Assembly (NCBI GenBank): GCA_964372745.1
Contig: CAYJSK010000001.1
Location: 1 to 27,461, forward strand
Origin: Candidatus Woesearchaeota archaeon
GTDB taxonomy: Archaea; Nanobdellota; Nanobdellia; SCGC-AAA011-G17; GW2011-AR17
DNA: 27,461 bases
Reading direction: 5' to 3'
The position numbers were made by a program, and so were the translations under genes. This document shows positions 24,808 through 27,461 of the stretch, piece after piece. The notes below the pieces were generated by a model. The model did not search any database and was not told where the DNA came from. It saw nothing but the letters and a program-made list of their open reading frames with translations. Within the stretch, counting starts at the first letter, position 1. Every line of letters starts with the position of its first letter.

Positions 24808-25248
24808 ATGGCAGCAGCTGCAACAGAAACGTTCATTATTCTTCCTGCTATTGCTATGGGTTTGATTTTAGGGATTTATGAACTCTATTTATTAAAAGGT
24901 GATGAAGCCTTTCAAGGCTCACATTGGTTTAGTCATGGGCTCCATATTTTTCCTCTTCTGATTATTGCTTCCCTTGCATCCTTCAATATTAATTTCTTCC
25001 AACAAATGATTGGAGCATCTTTACCTGCACTCTTAGAAAATGATATTTTATTGCGAGTTGCAATTACCCTTGTAGTTACGGTTAAAGTTTACATTGGTTC
25101 AGCAGTCGTCCCTGGAGCTTCAGGTAGAGGAATGCATGAGAGTATTATACATTGTCTCATTATCGGTGCACTTATAGGAATATCTCCTTTCCTTTGGCCT
25201 TTTGTCGAACCAGTTGCACCAACATGGTTAGGTGGGAGTGGAGAGTAA
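24808..25248 (+). CDS. Four-TM membrane protein with His clusters
   Basis: Hydrophobic helices; GDEAFQGSHWFSHGLH and MHESIIH; TTTATAAA about 24 nt upstream. Confidence 0.75.
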   Translation: MAAAATETFIILPAIAMGLILGIYELYLLKGDEAFQGSHWFSHGLHIFPLLIIASLASFNINFFQQMIGASLPALLENDILLRVAITLVVTVKVYIGSAVVPGASGRGMHESIIHCLIIGALIGISPFLWPFVEPVAPTWLGGSGE

Positions 25249-25249
25249 A

Positions 25250-25633
25250 ATGGTAAAGAAAATTCAGGATTTAAAAGTAATTCTCTCCCAGATAGATGGG
25301 GAAAATATATCGGTCAGGATTGCTCTTCAAGAAAAACGGAACAAAAAACAAAGCACAAGAGCTGATGGAGATAATACTTCAATAGATAGACCCTTGAAGA
25401 CTATGATTGCCTTATGTGGGCAAGCTGAAACATATAATGGCCTTTTAAAATTTAAAGCTCCCAATTTCTATTCAAAAGATCTAAGTAGGTTCCAAGAGAT
25501 AATGCAAACACTCAAAAATAGGTTAACGGAAATGCTTAAAGAGGGAAATTTTACTAGCTTACAATCAGACACAAATCTTATTGAAAGGCTCGTTTCTACT
25601 TTAAGAAAGGATTATAAAGAAGAGCTAAGTTAA
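25250..25633 (+). CDS. Hypothetical protein (probable start 25250; 25232 possible)
   Basis: ATG 1 nt after the upstream stop with a GGAG SD; helical; no recognised motif. Confidence 0.6.
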   Translation: MVKKIQDLKVILSQIDGENISVRIALQEKRNKKQSTRADGDNTSIDRPLKTMIALCGQAETYNGLLKFKAPNFYSKDLSRFQEIMQTLKNRLTEMLKEGNFTSLQSDTNLIERLVSTLRKDYKEELS

Positions 25634-25980
25634 ATTTTTCTTGTCAAAAGTTTTTTCTTTGTATTATCCACTTTAGAAGTAAATGCAGAGGGTAGATCCA
25701 TATATTTCTCTTCAGGATCTTGTAACAAAGAAAGAAAATCTTCTTCAGCTTTTTTTAACTCTTGGTACAAACTAATGTATTGGTCGGTTCCAGAATGCAT
25801 TTTTGTACGTAAAGATTCAACGAGGGCTATTGCTTTGTCTACTTTTTTCATGTAGATCGTCTCAGGAGTAAGAAGTTTCTCTTCACGAGGTCTTTCCTCT
25901 CTTCTTGATTCATAAGTTCCTTGATAAGGAGTATTTTTGAGTTTTTCCAAACGTTCACGTACAGTTTCTGCCATAGCCAT
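25630..25980 (-). CDS. Hypothetical helical protein
   Basis: 116-aa ORF, charged helical composition, TTTTAAAA box upstream. Confidence 0.65.
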   Translation of the reverse strand: MAMAETVRERLEKLKNTPYQGTYESRREERPREEKLLTPETIYMKKVDKAIALVESLRTKMHSGTDQYISLYQELKKAEEDFLSLLQDPEEKYMDLPSAFTSKVDNTKKKLLTRKI

Positions 25981-26064
25981 TATTATGAGAAATGGTTTTT
26001 AAAAGGATTTCTCCTTTTGAGAATATGTATTTCTTTCATCTAAAACTTTTAATCTTTGCTCAAA

Positions 26065-26370
26065 TTATTTTATCTGAACTAAAACAGCTTGCATTTCAGT
26101 CTTTAGCTCTTGGGTAAGCAATAAAGACCTCTCTCCTCGACCAATATTTTCTTCAATATCAAGGATTCTTCCAAAAAGAAGTTCATTTCCTGTTCTTCCA
26201 TAGGTTTCTAAGGTTTCACGAACTCTTTGTATGGTTCCACGAGCCATCATTTTTTGATCTTGCTTTAAGTAGGATTCTAATTCATTTAGAAGGCGAACTG
26301 TCCATTCCAAGTCAAACTTCATATTTGCTTTTGCCATTGTATGCATTTTAAAAAAAGAGTTTATAACCAT
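26065..26370 (-). CDS. Hypothetical helical protein
   Basis: 101-aa ORF 12 nt downstream of the recombinase, same strand; true start may be a downstream ATG. Confidence 0.6.
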   Translation of the reverse strand: MVINSFFKMHTMAKANMKFDLEWTVRLLNELESYLKQDQKMMARGTIQRVRETLETYGRTGNELLFGRILDIEENIGRGERSLLLTQELKTEMQAVLVQIK

Positions 26371-26382
26371 TTCGAGGATCTA

Positions 26383-27231
26383 TCATTGATCTTTAATCCA
26401 GATATTCCCTGCTTTATCAAAAGCAAGTTTTCTTTGAAACTTTGAATTTTTAATATATATTTGTGTCGTTCCAATGTCACTGTGTCCTGCATAGGACTTT
26501 ATTGCAAAAGAATCAACACCTTCATCTGCCATATGCTGTAGGCGAGAATGACGCAACATGTGCGGATGCAAGTCCCTTTGAAGAAGCTCTTTCCCATACT
26601 TCTTTAAGTTATACCACACAGACATAGACTTTAAATGAAATACAGAATCATTGGGTGTTTGGATATTTTTTTCTTTGAGATGCTCTTGCAAGAGTTTTGC
26701 TGTTGTTTCTTGGATAAAAACAGTTCTGGGTTTCTTTCCTTTTCCTAATACTTGTACCTCTTTTGTTTGCAGATCAATATCCTTCAATTTTAATGAGGTC
26801 ATTTCTGAGACTCGTGCACCTGTATCATACAAAAAGCGAACTATTAATGCATCTCTAGGATTTTTTATATTCTCCACAAGGTAAAGAAGTTCTTTTTTGC
26901 TGAGGACTGATTGTGCAAGTTTCTCATCATCTGTTAAGGCAGAATGCGTATTTCGTTTGAAAGCAATAAGATCTTTGATTTGTTTCTCTTCATAGCCTTG
27001 AAATTTCAAGTAAATCCATAAGGTGTAATTTGCTAAGGGATAGTTTCGTTCTTTCAAATAAGGACTGTGAAGTTTTTTCAGAAAAGAAAGACTGCCGCCT
27101 TTTGGAGTCTCTTCTATAAATTTTACAAGGGTAGTAATCCCATACATGGTTTTCTCCCCAAGCTTCTTACCATTCTTTTTTTCAAAGCTATGGAGATACT
27201 CTTCAAATTCTCTCAGAGAGGATTCCTTCAT
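26383..27231 (-). CDS. Tyrosine recombinase (XerA/integrase family)
   Basis: LYDTGARVSE (R), GKGKKPR (K), HMLRHS (HxxR), AGHSDIGTTQIY (H, Y); full catalytic set present. Confidence 0.93.
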   Translation of the reverse strand: MKESSLREFEEYLHSFEKKNGKKLGEKTMYGITTLVKFIEETPKGGSLSFLKKLHSPYLKERNYPLANYTLWIYLKFQGYEEKQIKDLIAFKRNTHSALTDDEKLAQSVLSKKELLYLVENIKNPRDALIVRFLYDTGARVSEMTSLKLKDIDLQTKEVQVLGKGKKPRTVFIQETTAKLLQEHLKEKNIQTPNDSVFHLKSMSVWYNLKKYGKELLQRDLHPHMLRHSRLQHMADEGVDSFAIKSYAGHSDIGTTQIYIKNSKFQRKLAFDKAGNIWIKDQ

Positions 27232-27280
27232 GAATATAATTTAGTACACTGTGTATAAAAAGATTCCCCGGTTGGACAGC

Positions 27281-27314
27281 TGGACACGTGGCAGGGGTGC
27301 GCGGAGGATTTATA
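27281..27314 (+). repeat. 34-bp GC-rich intergenic element, copy B
   Basis: TGGACACGTGGCAGGGGTGCGCGGAGGATTTATA; 29/34 identical to 13455-13488; preceded by an extra TGGACAGC unit. Confidence 0.85.
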
Positions 27315-27461
27315 TAGGAGTTGTTTTTTGCAAGAAGGAAAAAGAAGGAGATTTTTTGAATAGAATAGTATTAGAGAGGCTATAGATCAAATTAAAATAA
27401 TATAAAGTATATAATCGAATTTGTCGACTGTTTTTTTGCCCAAATTAAAGCCCATTTTGAG

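Noticed and set aside
25983-26039. 18-aa minus-strand ORF MKEIHILKRRNPFKNHFS
   Set aside because: No SD or motif; covers the likely TATA box of the next gene; expected by chance
27245-27255. TACAC-T-GTGTA palindrome between the recombinase TATA box and ATG
   Set aside because: The position is suggestive, but 5-bp arms occur often by chance and no second copy was seen
11428-27258. Remaining short overlapping ORFs in the track (e.g. 11428, 12316, 12386, 14060, 14200, 14496, 14656, 15247, 16551, 17186, 17792, 19078, 20529, 22163, 23070, 23613, 23694, 24153, 26651, 27067)
   Set aside because: Each overlaps a gene with clear family motifs or better coding character and has none of its own
27261-27310. 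GC-rich patch as a tRNA or structured RNA, or as a dif XerC arm (GGTGCGC)
   Set aside because: Too short for a cloverleaf, no TTCGA T-loop, only a CCCC/GGGG pairing; GGTGCGC is not followed by ATAA-N6-TTAT
27395-27422. dif-like 11-6-11 candidate (AAATAATATAA-AGTATA-TAATCGAATTT) near the recombinase
   Set aside because: One arm lacks the TTAT/ATAA inner symmetry and the DNA is very AT-rich; too weak without a dif PWM search
1-27461. CRISPR array, rRNA, tRNA, IS transposase, defence-system genes
   Set aside because: No regularly spaced repeats, RNA-gene signatures or transposase motifs seen; JAB and SNase have export signals and lack E1/E2, cyclase-effector or other defence neighbours

Overview
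AT-rich, densely coding archaeal chromosomal segment, most likely from a DPANN lineage (Woesearchaeales/Pacearchaeales-like). This is inferred from archaeal TATA boxes about 25 nt upstream of mostly leaderless starts, an archaeal-type TyrRS, Hef, tandem-domain Lrp, a DUF112/TctA permease and many small membrane hypotheticals. Main content: a type II/IV (Tad/VirB11-like) secretion ATPase carrying two full-length inteins 56 aa apart, one with a degenerate homing endonuclease. Beside it lie a divergent coiled-coil gene pair, three tandem paralogous membrane proteins and a PRC-barrel protein. Further along are TraB, a catalytically dead site-2-protease homolog, Hef, ThpR, TyrRS, a diadenylate-cyclase-domain protein, an Lrp regulator, an OB-fold/lipoprotein-nuclease/permease cluster, a membrane-anchored JAB/MPN+ protease, ATP-cone, CcdA-like and His-motif proteins, and a Xer-type recombinase. 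Beyond the ORF track I found three short ORFs (a 39-aa Zn ribbon, a 33-aa hyperacidic peptide with a strong SD, a 40-aa GNAT-like remnant) and a partial gene at the left edge. Non-coding signals: a 34-bp GC-rich element present twice 13.8 kb apart (29/34 identical, at the Hef promoter and upstream of Xer), three copies of a 17-bp TCCGGAA-N3-TTCCGGA-type palindrome around the nuclease cluster, and a 15-bp palindrome at the Lrp promoter. No rRNA, tRNA or CRISPR array was seen. All family calls are motif recognition by eye, not database searches.
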